From assembly GCA_965200245.1 (NCBI GenBank), contig CBDATS010000002.1, positions 160,001 to 224,000 on the forward strand: DNA of 64,000 bases. The letters run 5' to 3'. The notes beneath the pieces were generated by a model. The model saw only the letters and a list, made by a program, of their open reading frames with translations. It was not told the origin of the DNA and searched no databases. How positions within the stretch are numbered: position 1 is the stretch's first letter; the number at the start of each line of letters is the position of its first letter. Below, one piece after another: positions 53,503 to 64,000 of the stretch. The translations under genes and the position numbers were made by a program. The stretch comes from a bacterium. GTDB taxonomy: Bacteria > UBA8248.

Positions 53503-54646
53503 TCCTCAATCAGAACAAAGTTGTTCCGGTGAATGATCTCATCGTAATCCTTGCTGCCGAGGATAGAAGTGATCTCCCCGGTTTGCCTCCCCGCGATTCG
53601 GGCAACATCATCACTCGAATAATTCGCCAGTCCACGACCAAAAACCACTCCATCCGTATCCTGTATCTCCACCACATCACCAAAGCGAAAATTTCCCCCA
53701 ACAGACACGACCCCGCTGGGCAAGAGACTTTTTCCCCTTTTGAGCATGGCGTTTACGGCACCGCCATCGAGCCTGAGCCAGCCGCGGGGTTTGGCCGTGG
53801 TTCCTATCCAGCCTTTTTTTCCCTTCAGGCGCGTACCATTCGGAACAAAAAGCGTCCCTAGTGGTTCCCCCATCACTGCCCGCTCGATGACGTTGGGATT
53901 TCTCCCTTTCACGATCAGGGTGCTGATACCTATTTTATTGAGCGTATTGACGGCCTGAATTTTCGTACGCATGCCTCCGTGAGCGAGTGGATTCGGACTG
54001 GTCCCCGCAAGAGAGGCGATTTCCTTGGTCAAACCCTCGACTCGGGGAATCAATCGCGCCGTCTCTGATTTCCTGGGATCCTCATCATAGAAACCCGCCA
54101 CGTCTGACAGGATGATGACGAGACCTGCCTGAATCATCTGGGCCGTCTGTGCAGCCAATGTGTCATTATCTCCAAAACGAATTTCCTCGATGGAAACCGT
54201 ATCGTTCTCGTTCACGATTGGAACTACCCCTTTGCCAAGCAATGCCTCAAAAGTATTGCAAGCGTTCAGGAACCGGCTTCTCTCATCCAAATCAGAATGG
54301 ATGAGCAAAACCTGTGCCGTCTCAATGCCTTTTTGCCTAAACGCACGGCCATATGCTTCCATCAGGATGGGCTGGCCAACGGCAGCGGCGGCTTGACGCT
54401 CGGGAACAGCTTTTGGAATTTCCTTCAGGCCCAGTCTTTTCACTCCTGCAGCAATTGCTCCAGACGAAACCATAACGACTTGCCTGCCCTCTTCCCTGAG
54501 ACTTGCGACCTGGGAGGCGATTCGACCCAATACTCTTCGGTTTACGCCCAATTCATCGGAAGCCGTCAAAACCGAACTACCCACTTTGACAACGATGCGT
54601 CTGCTCTTGAGCGCAGGTTCATCTCTTCTGGTCATGGTCTTGCTCA

Positions 54647-54647
<1 letters not shown>
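53499..54647 (-). CDS. proB: Glutamate 5-kinase with PUA domain
   Basis: VVKVGSS, VSSGAIAAG, NENDTV, FGDNDTL, GGMRTK, PUA C-terminus IHRNN. Confidence 0.97.
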
Positions 54648-55973
<1,326 letters not shown>

Positions 55974-55985
55974 TTTCCAATCCTT

Positions 55986-56303
55986 TTATTCTGATGCGCG
56001 GATTTCTGTCACTTCAATTTGCGTATAAGACTGCCTGTGTCCTCGTTTGACCCGAACTTTCTTGCGGCGTTTGAAGCGAAACGCAATGACTTTTTTCCCG
56101 CGCCCGTGATCACGAATCACCGCCTTCACCTTGGACCTGGCCAACGCCTCCTTGTCCGCAAACACCTCTTCCCCGTCCACGATGAGCCGGACATCGTCAA
56201 ACTCTACACTCTCACCGACATCACCGGGCAAACGTTCAACCAGGATTTGATCTCCAGTTTCAATACGCATCTGCTTGCCACCGGTTTCCACTACGGCATA
56301 CAT
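55986..56303 (-). CDS. rplU: 50S ribosomal protein L21
   Basis: MYAVVETGGKQ, GHRQSYT. Confidence 0.98.
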   Translation of the reverse strand: MYAVVETGGKQMRIETGDQILVERLPGDVGESVEFDDVRLIVDGEEVFADKEALARSKVKAVIRDHGRGKKVIAFRFKRRKKVRVKRGHRQSYTQIEVTEIRASE

Positions 56304-56443
56304 GCCAAAATCTCCTTACTGCCCTGAACATGCTTTAATCTTGAAAATCAAACACCTCCCCAGTTACAACGATAACGGGGAGGATATCTATCAACCCGGC
56401 ACTCGAAAGTCAATTCCGGGCACCAACAAACCGACTATCTCCC

Positions 56444-56839
56444 TCATTTTTTCTTCTTGATCAAGCTGAACGTCACCCTTTCCGTCCGATAAGACACGGT
56501 ACGTCTGACGGGCAAATATCCTTTCCTCTGAACCAATACGGTAAAGCCCTTGAAGACGTCACCCATACCCACCTTAAATTTCAGCCGCAAAGGTGTCTTG
56601 CCCTGGTAAACATCGTTAATGAAAACATCGGCCTGCGGAGGATTCGAAATCACAGTCAATTGACGATCCTTGAATCCTTTGACCGGTTTTTCAACATTCC
56701 GCTCCCACCATTTGCCAACCTGGTTCCTGGTTTTGGCACATCCACTCAGACCCGGAAGAAGCAAGAGGAACAGGCTGAAACCCAGGACAAGCCGCAATGC
56801 AGGTTTATTTCGAATTTGCCCGTTTGATTTTCGACACAT
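56444..56839 (-). CDS. Small PEGA-domain lipoprotein
   Basis: Lipobox LSGC; VISNPPQADVFIND...GKTP...KGY PEGA pattern. Confidence 0.75.
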   Translation of the reverse strand: MCRKSNGQIRNKPALRLVLGFSLFLLLLPGLSGCAKTRNQVGKWWERNVEKPVKGFKDRQLTVISNPPQADVFINDVYQGKTPLRLKFKVGMGDVFKGFTVLVQRKGYLPVRRTVSYRTERVTFSLIKKKK

Positions 56840-56965
56840 ATCGAAACCCTAAGAAAATCCTTCGCTCACAAAGCGCCGCACAACCACGAATAATGTTCAC
56901 TTACCTCAAAAATCTTTGGAAAAGAAATCATTGTACAATGATTCCGCTAATTTGGCAGCCATCAA

Positions 56966-57889
56966 CTAGGCAGACGGGTCACCCACTTTCTGCCCAGACC
57001 ATTCTTCAAACATCTGCAGCAATTCCGTTTGGTCCGAATCAGGGCCAAATTTCTGCACACCCAGACCGTAGATCTGCCGGGCATGGTTCAGATAAAACGC
57101 CGCCACACCGTTTTCGCGCGCCAAATCGCTCCCCATCGAAAGGTCCTTGTGCATCAACCCAGTGGAAAATCCACAGGTAAAGTCTCGCGGCAGAAGAAAG
57201 CGAGGCCACTTGTCTTTTGTCGCGCTGTTCATGCCCGAACCGCCATTTAGAACCTGAAGCACTTTTTCGGAGTCAAGGCCCAATTTCTTCGCCAGGACCA
57301 TGGCCTCCATAGAGGAGAGCAAGCTCGTGGCAGAGAGAAAATTATTCACGCATTTCATGGCATGTCCAGATTCCGGCGCCTCATCGATATGAACAATTGT
57401 CTTGCCCAGTGTTTCGAAAACAGGCATCGCCGCATCCACCATCTCCTTTGGACCGCCCGGCATGATCGCCAGGGTCGCCGCTTCCGCCCCCACGACGCCG
57501 CCGGAGACCGGCGCGCCGATAAGGTGCAGGTCCTTTTCCCCTACCCGTGAGGCAATAGCTCGCGTCCTCGTGGGATAGGAAGAACTCATGTCGATTATCA
57601 ATTTTCCCTTACCAAGGTGCGTGGATATTCCGTCCGGCCCATCGACCACCCTGTCCACGACATTGCTGTCTGGCAGCATCGTGATGACGACATCGACGCG
57701 ACTTGCAAGATCGGCCAAACTGTCAGCTTTTTGAACACCATCGTCTCGCAATGCCTCGACATTTTCCGGTCGCGTGTCATAGCCGACAACCGTATAGTCG
57801 CCACGTCTCAAATTCTTCGACATGGGCGTTCCCATTTTTCCAATGCCAATAAAACCAATCGTTACACTTCCTGGCCCCAGAGTTTTCAT
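56966..57889 (-). CDS. NAD(P)-dependent beta-hydroxyacid dehydrogenase (3-hydroxyisobutyrate dehydrogenase family)
   Basis: IGFIGIGKMG.PM, DMSS, APVSGG, GHAMKCVNN, KDL. Start ATG 57889. Confidence 0.9.
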   Translation of the reverse strand: MKTLGPGSVTIGFIGIGKMGTPMSKNLRRGDYTVVGYDTRPENVEALRDDGVQKADSLADLASRVDVVITMLPDSNVVDRVVDGPDGISTHLGKGKLIIDMSSSYPTRTRAIASRVGEKDLHLIGAPVSGGVVGAEAATLAIMPGGPKEMVDAAMPVFETLGKTIVHIDEAPESGHAMKCVNNFLSATSLLSSMEAMVLAKKLGLDSEKVLQVLNGGSGMNSATKDKWPRFLLPRDFTCGFSTGLMHKDLSMGSDLARENGVAAFYLNHARQIYGLGVQKFGPDSDQTELLQMFEEWSGQKVGDPSA

Positions 57890-57966
57890 GATTTCCTCGC
57901 TAACTAGGATGCAAATTATTTTTGACGCCGCTACTCCGTAGCATGTTTTCATTCGCTCTGAAGTTT

Positions 57967-57995
57967 TTGTCAATCCCCGGCCTTAGTGTTAAGCT
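57967..57995 (+). promoter_or_regulatory. Sigma70-type promoter for the DUF484 gene
   Basis: TTGTCA-N17-TAAGCT with an extended -10 TG. Confidence 0.5.
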
Positions 57996-58064
57996 TCAAT
58001 GATAGATATTCGCTTCTTGTATCAACCCGCCCTTCGTTTTCCCGTATCCTCAAGGAGATCCGAA

Positions 58065-58811
58065 ATGGCGCCGATTTCGGCGGACGATGTTGTATGCTAT
58101 CTGGAAGAGAATCCCGGGTTCTTCATTGAACATCCAGACTCGCTTCGCCAAAGTGGCCTGCTGACACAGGACAGCCCTTCAGCAAAGGTTCTGAACCTAA
58201 GGAACAAACTTTTCGACCGCCTGAAAGGCGAAAGAGAAGATTTGATACGACTTCTCGATGAAACAATAGCAACTGTTCGCCAGAATGAACAGATAGAAAA
58301 AGACTTCATCGCCATTGAACAACTTCTCTTCGCGCAGGCACCCTCATTCGTCGGCCTCACGGAACTCGTGAAAAACATCGAATCACGCTTTGGAATTGAA
58401 TACGCGGGCTTTCTGCTTCTGGAACCCGTCGACGGCATTCCGGTGATCGCGGCAAATCCTGACGAATCATCCCGCATTCGCCCACTCGGCAAAATAGAAG
58501 AAGAACTAGTCCCCATGGAGGGGGGAGTTGTGCTGAAAGGCAGCCTGGAGGGTGGCGGAGGCCCGTTGTTCCCAAGTGCCTTTAGTCAAAGTATTCAATC
58601 GACCGCTATCGTTCCATTGGAAATCAATGAGAGAAAAATCGGTTTTCTCATATTGGGTTCGAAAGACCCTGAGCGATATCAAGAAGGGATGGCAACCCAC
58701 CTACTCAGGCGCCTTGCTATGCGCCTGGCCCTGGGAATATCCATCTTTCAGCAATTCAACAAATGCGACTCCGGCTCAACAAATGCGACTCCGGCAAAAG
58801 CGGGCCATTGA
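58065..58811 (+). CDS. DUF484 (YigA-like, GAF-fold) family protein
   Basis: V..YLEENPGFFIEHP, NE, S.AIVPL, LILGSKDPERY..GMATHLL. Start ATG 58065. Confidence 0.85.
   Translation: MAPISADDVVCYLEENPGFFIEHPDSLRQSGLLTQDSPSAKVLNLRNKLFDRLKGEREDLIRLLDETIATVRQNEQIEKDFIAIEQLLFAQAPSFVGLTELVKNIESRFGIEYAGFLLLEPVDGIPVIAANPDESSRIRPLGKIEEELVPMEGGVVLKGSLEGGGGPLFPSAFSQSIQSTAIVPLEINERKIGFLILGSKDPERYQEGMATHLLRRLAMRLALGISIFQQFNKCDSGSTNATPAKAGH
58756..58795 (+). repeat. Perfect 20-bp tandem duplication
   Basis: TCAACAAATGCGACTCCGGC twice (58756-58775 and 58776-58795). Confidence 0.95.
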
Positions 58812-58857
58812 AACCAACATCATCCCGCAAGGAGCCTTCGTAGTCCGTGGCGGGTCT

Positions 58858-60236
58858 TCAGGCTGGAACACGTTCCGCCTTGCAGACAAGTTCCATCACC
58901 TCGGAGATGCTATCGAGATTTTCCAGATTCCTCACCCGCTCGATGAGCAAGTCACCCGTTTCCCTTTCGAGCACAGGAGCCGTCATTACCTGAAATCGTT
59001 CAATTAACTCATCCCAGGACAACGGATTCCGAGAATCTCCTTTGGGATAATCCTGATGCGCGTCAAAAACGCCCCGATCCGTCTCGATTTCGACATGCGC
59101 TTGCCACTTGTCCGGAAATTCCTTTTCCATTTCGGCGTCACCACAGCATTCGATTTTCCTGATGATGGAGGAGTACACCTGGGAACGCAGGAAATCGTCC
59201 GCATACTCATCAAGCCCCGCAGCGCGCCTGAGGATTGCTACGGCCACGGCGTATTGAAGGCTGAACTGGGCTGCGGATTCGTTTTCACATCACAGGGCTC
59301 GATGACCACCATCACACTCGTCTCAGGAACCCGAACCTTTACCCGCCTGATTTCCTCAGGCTGAATATCATGCGTTTTGCAAACTTCGATTGTGGCGTCA
59401 ATCGAAGCATGGTTATAGCGACAGCATGCATAGGGCTTTATGGCACTCTCGCAAATTTCCCAATACTCGCCAAAGTGCTCCACCACATACTCAGGCGTAT
59501 AATCATCACTGTGGCCATGCAAAAATCCCGTCTTGCCACCTAAGATATCTTCCGGCCCCGTATATCCCTCCAGGGCCAGATATGCTGCGATAATGCCGCT
59601 ATGCGCCGCCCATCCCGGGTGAAACCTCTTCGTCCAGGCGCCGTTATCGAGGTATTGCATCGAACCCGCCGCCTGGCTGCCCGCAATGCCCATTGCATTG
59701 GAGGTGGCTTCTGCAGACAACCCCAAAAGCTTCGATGAGGTAATCGCAGAGGCGAAGGTCCCGCATGTACCGGTGGGATGAAACCCACGCTCATAGTGGC
59801 TTGTCGGGTTTACGGCGTTTCCAATCCGATTGGTGACTTCATAACCTGCCACGATGGCGGCAATTACTCTCTTTGGATCGGGTTGATGCGCCTCGGCGAC
59901 TGCCAATGTACTGGGCATGACACTGACTGCGGGATGCAGACTCGATCGGGTGGTCACATCATCCATTTCCGTGGCGTGGCTCACGCCGCCGTTCACCAGC
60001 GCGGCATGAGGAGCGTCGGTTTTCAAAGCCGAGCCGATGATGGTGCATGGTCCGCCGCGAGGGGCGCGTTTCTCGGCGAAATTGTGAAATATCCGGGAAC
60101 TTGCCGCTTCCACCGCTCTCAATGTTACGCCGAAGTGGTCGAGCAGAAAGTATTTCGCGCGTTCCCTGGCCTCATCGGGCAGAGATTCATAGGTAATGGC
60201 GTGAACGTGCTCGACAAGCATGCGGCTGATATTCAT
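58858..60236 (-). pseudogene. MmgE/PrpD family protein with a frameshift near 59270
   Basis: SHATEMDD...HP, GFHPTG, KPYACC in one frame; AQFSLQYAVAVA...PKGD..NPLS in another frame starting at the junction. Confidence 0.85.
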
Positions 60237-60467
60237 TCGAATTCTCCTTCACAGGAATCCAATGTGTGATTTCAGGTTTTCCGCCCGCGATTACACCAAT
60301 ATTTTCACATTCGGGAAAAGTCTACCAGAACTCCCGTACATCTTGCCCTGCAGTTGAAATAGAAAACTGAGCCAGGACCCCGGGACTATGATGCGTTTGT
60401 CATGGGGCATCGCTTGCAGATAGAATTATCCATCTTTCATACACTCTCGTCGCATTGGAGACAAACA

Positions 60468-60812
60468 ATGCAATCCTGCGTATTTTGCAAAATCGTAGCC
60501 GGCGAGATTCCCTCCAAGAAAGTTTACGAGGATGACGCATTGCTTGCATTTGAAGACGTCAACCCGGCGGCTCCGGTACATATTCTGATCATCCCGAAAA
60601 AACACATGGAAACGCTCCACGAAATACAGGATGCGGACAAGAAACTGATCGGGTCGATATTCATTGCGGCGAATGAAATCACCCGGAAAAAAGGGATAGC
60701 ACAGGAGGGTTTTCGAATCGTCGCGAACTGCGGAGAAAACGGAGGCCAAACGGTCTTTCACATCCATTTTCACCTGCTAGGCGGACGCCGTATGGAATGG
60801 CCACCGGGCTAG
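60468..60812 (+). CDS. hinT: Histidine triad nucleotide-binding protein
   Basis: CVFCKI, GGQTVFHIHFHLLGGR..WPPG. Start ATG 60468. Confidence 0.95.
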   Translation: MQSCVFCKIVAGEIPSKKVYEDDALLAFEDVNPAAPVHILIIPKKHMETLHEIQDADKKLIGSIFIAANEITRKKGIAQEGFRIVANCGENGGQTVFHIHFHLLGGRRMEWPPG

Positions 60813-60859
60813 CAGCCGAATCTCCACAACTCGCCCCCCCGAATTGATCAAAAACGTCA

Positions 60860-60882
60860 CGGGACCACTTGTCGTGGTCCCG
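60860..60882. terminator. Hairpin between convergent hinT and mnmA
   Basis: CGGGACCAC-TTGTC-GTGGTCCCG perfect 9-bp stem. Confidence 0.5.
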
Positions 60883-60918
60883 CGCAAAGGCAGCCGAGAC
60901 GAAAAGGTTCGCACCATC

Positions 60919-61986
60919 CTAGGCCACCCACCCTCCGCCGTATAGAACGTCGCCGGAATAGAACACTGCTGCCTGACCCGGCGCTACGGCTCCCAGGACA
61001 GTGGGGTCATGGGGCCTGATTTCGACCATACCACCGCTTCTGAGAATTACTTCGCAGGGAGTCGTACGGCCCCGGTGCCTCACCTGGACTTCCAGGGGAA
61101 CGGATCCGGGGGGAATGGACCAGTGCACATCCCTGGCGAAGAACACCTCGCGTGCGAGGGCATCACGCTTGCCCACCACCACAGTCGCCGAGTTCGCTTC
61201 AAGTTCCACCACGTAGCGCGGCGGGCCGCCTCCCAAGTCCAGACCCCGCCTCTGTCCCACGGTGAAGTTCGTCACTCCTCCGTGCCTGCCGAGTACGTTT
61301 CCCTCCAAATCCACGATGTCGCCCGGCCTGTCGATGCCTGGTTTTTCATCCTTGAGGAAAGCGCGGTAATCGTCTCTCGGAACGAAGCATATCTCCTGGC
61401 TCTCCGGTTTATCCGCGGTGGCGAGACCCAGTTTGCGCGCGTATTCCCTCGTTCGTTCCTTTGTGAACTCCCCCAGGGGGAAGCACGTGCGCACGAGTTG
61501 TTCCTCTGTCATGCCGAAAAGGAAGTAGGTTTGATCCTTTTCCCTATCAAGACTTCTTGCGACGCCCTGGCGGCCATCTATCTCCACCCGTCTGGCGTAA
61601 TGGCCCGTCACGAGCAGTTCCGCACCGAACGCCATCGCCCGCTCGGCCAAGTAGTCGAACTTCACCACCTGGTTGCATTTGACACACGGCACGGGTGTCC
61701 TGCCACTCTCATATTCGGAGATGAAGTCTTCGATCACGCTCTGCTTGAAGGACTTGCGCACGTCCATCACGTAGAAGTGAATGTCGAGTTGGGCCGCCAC
61801 GGCGCGGGCGTCTGCCAGATCGCGCGGTGCGCAACAACCCCTGTGGAACGACTCCTGTGCGGGCCTGTCGGTGAGGCGCAGTCCCACGCCGATGGTCTCA
61901 TGACCCGCCTCTACCATGAGGGCCGCAGCGACGGAACTGTCCACGCCGCCGCTCATCGCCACCACTACTCGCTTCTTCATCGCCAC
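60919..61986 (-). CDS. mnmA: tRNA 2-thiouridine(34) synthase
   Basis: AMSGGVDSS, PCVKCN, TGHYA, KDQTYFL, SQEICF, TVGQRRG, PGQAAVFY. Confidence 0.97.
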   Translation of the reverse strand: MAMKKRVVVAMSGGVDSSVAAALMVEAGHETIGVGLRLTDRPAQESFHRGCCAPRDLADARAVAAQLDIHFYVMDVRKSFKQSVIEDFISEYESGRTPVPCVKCNQVVKFDYLAERAMAFGAELLVTGHYARRVEIDGRQGVARSLDREKDQTYFLFGMTEEQLVRTCFPLGEFTKERTREYARKLGLATADKPESQEICFVPRDDYRAFLKDEKPGIDRPGDIVDLEGNVLGRHGGVTNFTVGQRRGLDLGGGPPRYVVELEANSATVVVGKRDALAREVFFARDVHWSIPPGSVPLEVQVRHRGRTTPCEVILRSGGMVEIRPHDPTVLGAVAPGQAAVFYSGDVLYGGGWVA

Positions 61987-62267
61987 CTCTGGATGATACC
62001 GTCCAAAACCAAGCCTCGTTATATACTACGTGCTTCACCCAAGACTACAGGGCACAGGGAGATGGCCCATCAGCCGCAGGGCGAGTTGTGCGCAAATGCT
62101 CCGGGGGAGAAAAATGCTTATCCAAGAAATTAGGCATACTAAACAGGTTTGGGCAAATTGTATAAATTCCTTTTTTAATTTTGGACTCTTCTGAATTCCG
62201 CTAAGTTGTTTTGCTACCACCCAATTGGGATCATCCATTCATGCGCTATCACGAAGAGGAAGTGGAA

Positions 62268-63610
62268 ATGTTCAAGAATATAGCAGCGTTTTTCCTGGCG
62301 ACAATTCTTGCTTTGGGTTGCGGTGGAGGCGGCGGTTCGAGCACGCCTCGACGCCCGGCCATTCTTCCCGAAATACCGCTGCAAACTACTTCCCATGCAC
62401 CTCAGGCGCCGATCGTTGATTTTAGTGGCACACTGCATGTCGGCAGCGGGGTTAAACCAGAGATAAACCAACTTGAAAAAGCAGGTGTACGCGGAGAAAT
62501 ATCCATCTCCTCCGGTCATGTGCAAGACGGTGTGGGTTTGAACACTCTCCTGATGTTTGGAATAGAGGTGGCAATAGATGGGGGGCAACTTTGGGGCCTG
62601 CCAACGTTTCCAAATCCACCGGTCGTTCGTATAGCAAGAGGAACCAGCGACGAACATATCAGTCACGCGGTGCGCACCGTTCAGGTTATCAACGCCTCCC
62701 TGCCTCACGACAGGCGGATATCGTTCAGCGACAACCCTGCGCCCCCCTTGGTCACCGTTGATAATGTTCCACAAGGAGAGATTTTCATCGACTTTGCACC
62801 GAAGAGAGACTAGAACATATCCACCTCTCCACCTGAAACGACGATTGGACTTTCGGAAAACCAAACGTATCCGACAATCGGGGAAGGAGGGATATCTTCA
62901 AGAATAAATCGTTCTCATATTTGGGTCGATAGCGAAATGATCAAGGATTTTTCCGATGAACGAATAATTTGGGTCCTGGCGCATGAACTTCTTCATTCCA
63001 TTGGCATTTCAGGACACATCGATCCAGGACATTTTCCCGATTCGGTAATGCGTGCCCAAGTGCCCCGTGAATTTTCCAGTCACATTCTTGGAGCAATAGA
63101 TAGAGAGGCAATCCTCGGGCTTTACAGCAGTCTTGAGCCGGGCGAGTGGACCAATACGTCGTTTCACATTCGCGGGGATTTGAGTGTTCCGGGCGGCGAT
63201 GTTTCTTTCGGCGCCGCCTTCAGGAACGGCTTGGTGCAACCCTGGGCATCGGGCCCGACACCGTGGACGAACCTGACGGGTAACCGGGCATTGTCGGGGA
63301 CCGTAACCTGGACTGGCGGATTTTGGGTATCACGCCATCGGCGGAAACTGTCGCTGGCGATTCCCGGCTTCTAGTCAATCTGGCGGACCTCGACGGACAA
63401 CTTGATTTCACCGATATGCAGTTCAATGACGGCAGAGCGTGGGGGCATGGCGGCCTCAATTATTCGGTCGAGGTACGCGGCAACACTTTCGTTCAGACTG
63501 GCGGTGATGTCGGTCGAGTCACCGGCGCGTTCTTCGGACCCCAGCACGAAGGCATCGGCGGTGTGGTTGAACGCCATGACCTCAATGCTGCGTTTGGAGG
63601 AAAACGATGA
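62268..63610 (+). pseudogene. Lipoprotein with a metzincin Zn-protease motif and a C-terminal TbpB-like beta-barrel; in-frame TAG at 62811 and frameshift near 63320
   Basis: Lipobox ALGC plus GGGGGS; frame open across the TAG into HELLHSIGISGH...DSVM; last part GRVTGAFFGPQHEGIGGVV..LNAAFGGKR is in another frame. Confidence 0.78.
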
Positions 63611-63682
63611 ACTGACAGCAGTTCGGGCATTGCTAACCTGCCCGATAGTTTTGATAAGGTGATAATATGCAATGGTCCCGAC

Positions 63683-63877
63683 ATGGCGTTCGAGTTCCCG
63701 ACCGAAAAGAGAGCACATGAAATGTGCGATAAGTTGATACATCTCGACCGCGACTTGGTGCTTTCTCGGGAGAAACAAATGCGATTCACGGTGAGGCCCG
63801 AGAAATCCGGCAACCAATACTGGGCAATCCATGATAAATTGGAGCAACGGGTTGTTTCGATTCACGAGGAGTTTTAG
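63683..63877 (+). CDS. Possible small hypothetical protein or gene remnant
   Basis: 64-codon ORF with protein-like composition but no recognised motif and no clear SD. Confidence 0.25.
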   Translation: MAFEFPTEKRAHEMCDKLIHLDRDLVLSREKQMRFTVRPEKSGNQYWAIHDKLEQRVVSIHEEF

Positions 63878-64000
63878 GGCGTGAGTATCACCAAGTGCAT
63901 AATATTGCAGACAGGATGAACGAGAAAGAAGAAAGGGTATAAGGATGGACTGGAACCTGATTATATCAGCTGCTCCGACATATATAATGGTTGTCACCAT

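Noticed and set aside
56883-56911. dif-like site (ATAATGTTCA core)
   Set aside because: There is no XerD arm (TTATGTTAAAT).
63371-64000. 209-aa minus-strand ORF at the window end
   Set aside because: It overlaps the lipoprotein C-terminal fragment in antisense, has no motif, and its start coincides with the window edge.

Overview
A chromosomal, mostly housekeeping segment of a GC-rich diderm bacterium, with most genes on the minus strand. Gene order resembles Nitrospinota/Tectomicrobia/deltaproteobacterial-type genomes (inference only). Core blocks are ispE-prs-rplY-pth-hppA-rpsF-ssb-rpsR-rplI-dnaB-alr-mlaF-tgt, algC-yqaA-manC-uppP, livKHMGF, pilM-aroB-aroQ-pepQ-efp, tsaD-dusB, tkt, ctpA, eno, rpiB-nrdR, rplU-rpmA-obgE-proB-nadD-rsfS-dksA-lapA/B, hinT and mnmA. 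Orphan catabolic genes are scattered between them (SDRs, Rid, CoA-transferase III, beta-hydroxyacid dehydrogenase, MmgE/PrpD, NIPSNAP). I found no rRNA, tRNA, CRISPR array, transposase or phage gene. Main observations beyond the ORF track: (1) a two-gene insert between ctpA and tsaD, where a methyltransferase-like gene runs through a hidden in-frame TAG to an ATGA overlap with an SplB-like radical SAM gene, next to a degenerate GTAG-type REP; (2) three unrelated genes each broken by a single in-frame TAG, plus two frameshifts and a 20-bp duplication; (3) a decayed lipoprotein fusing a metzincin motif to a TbpB-like barrel; (4) a ~20 kb lower-GC block made largely of core genes; (5) a probable ATT start for rsfS; (6) an S6:S18 leader RNA; (7) several conserved operons missing internal genes. 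All family assignments are by motif recognition, not database search.
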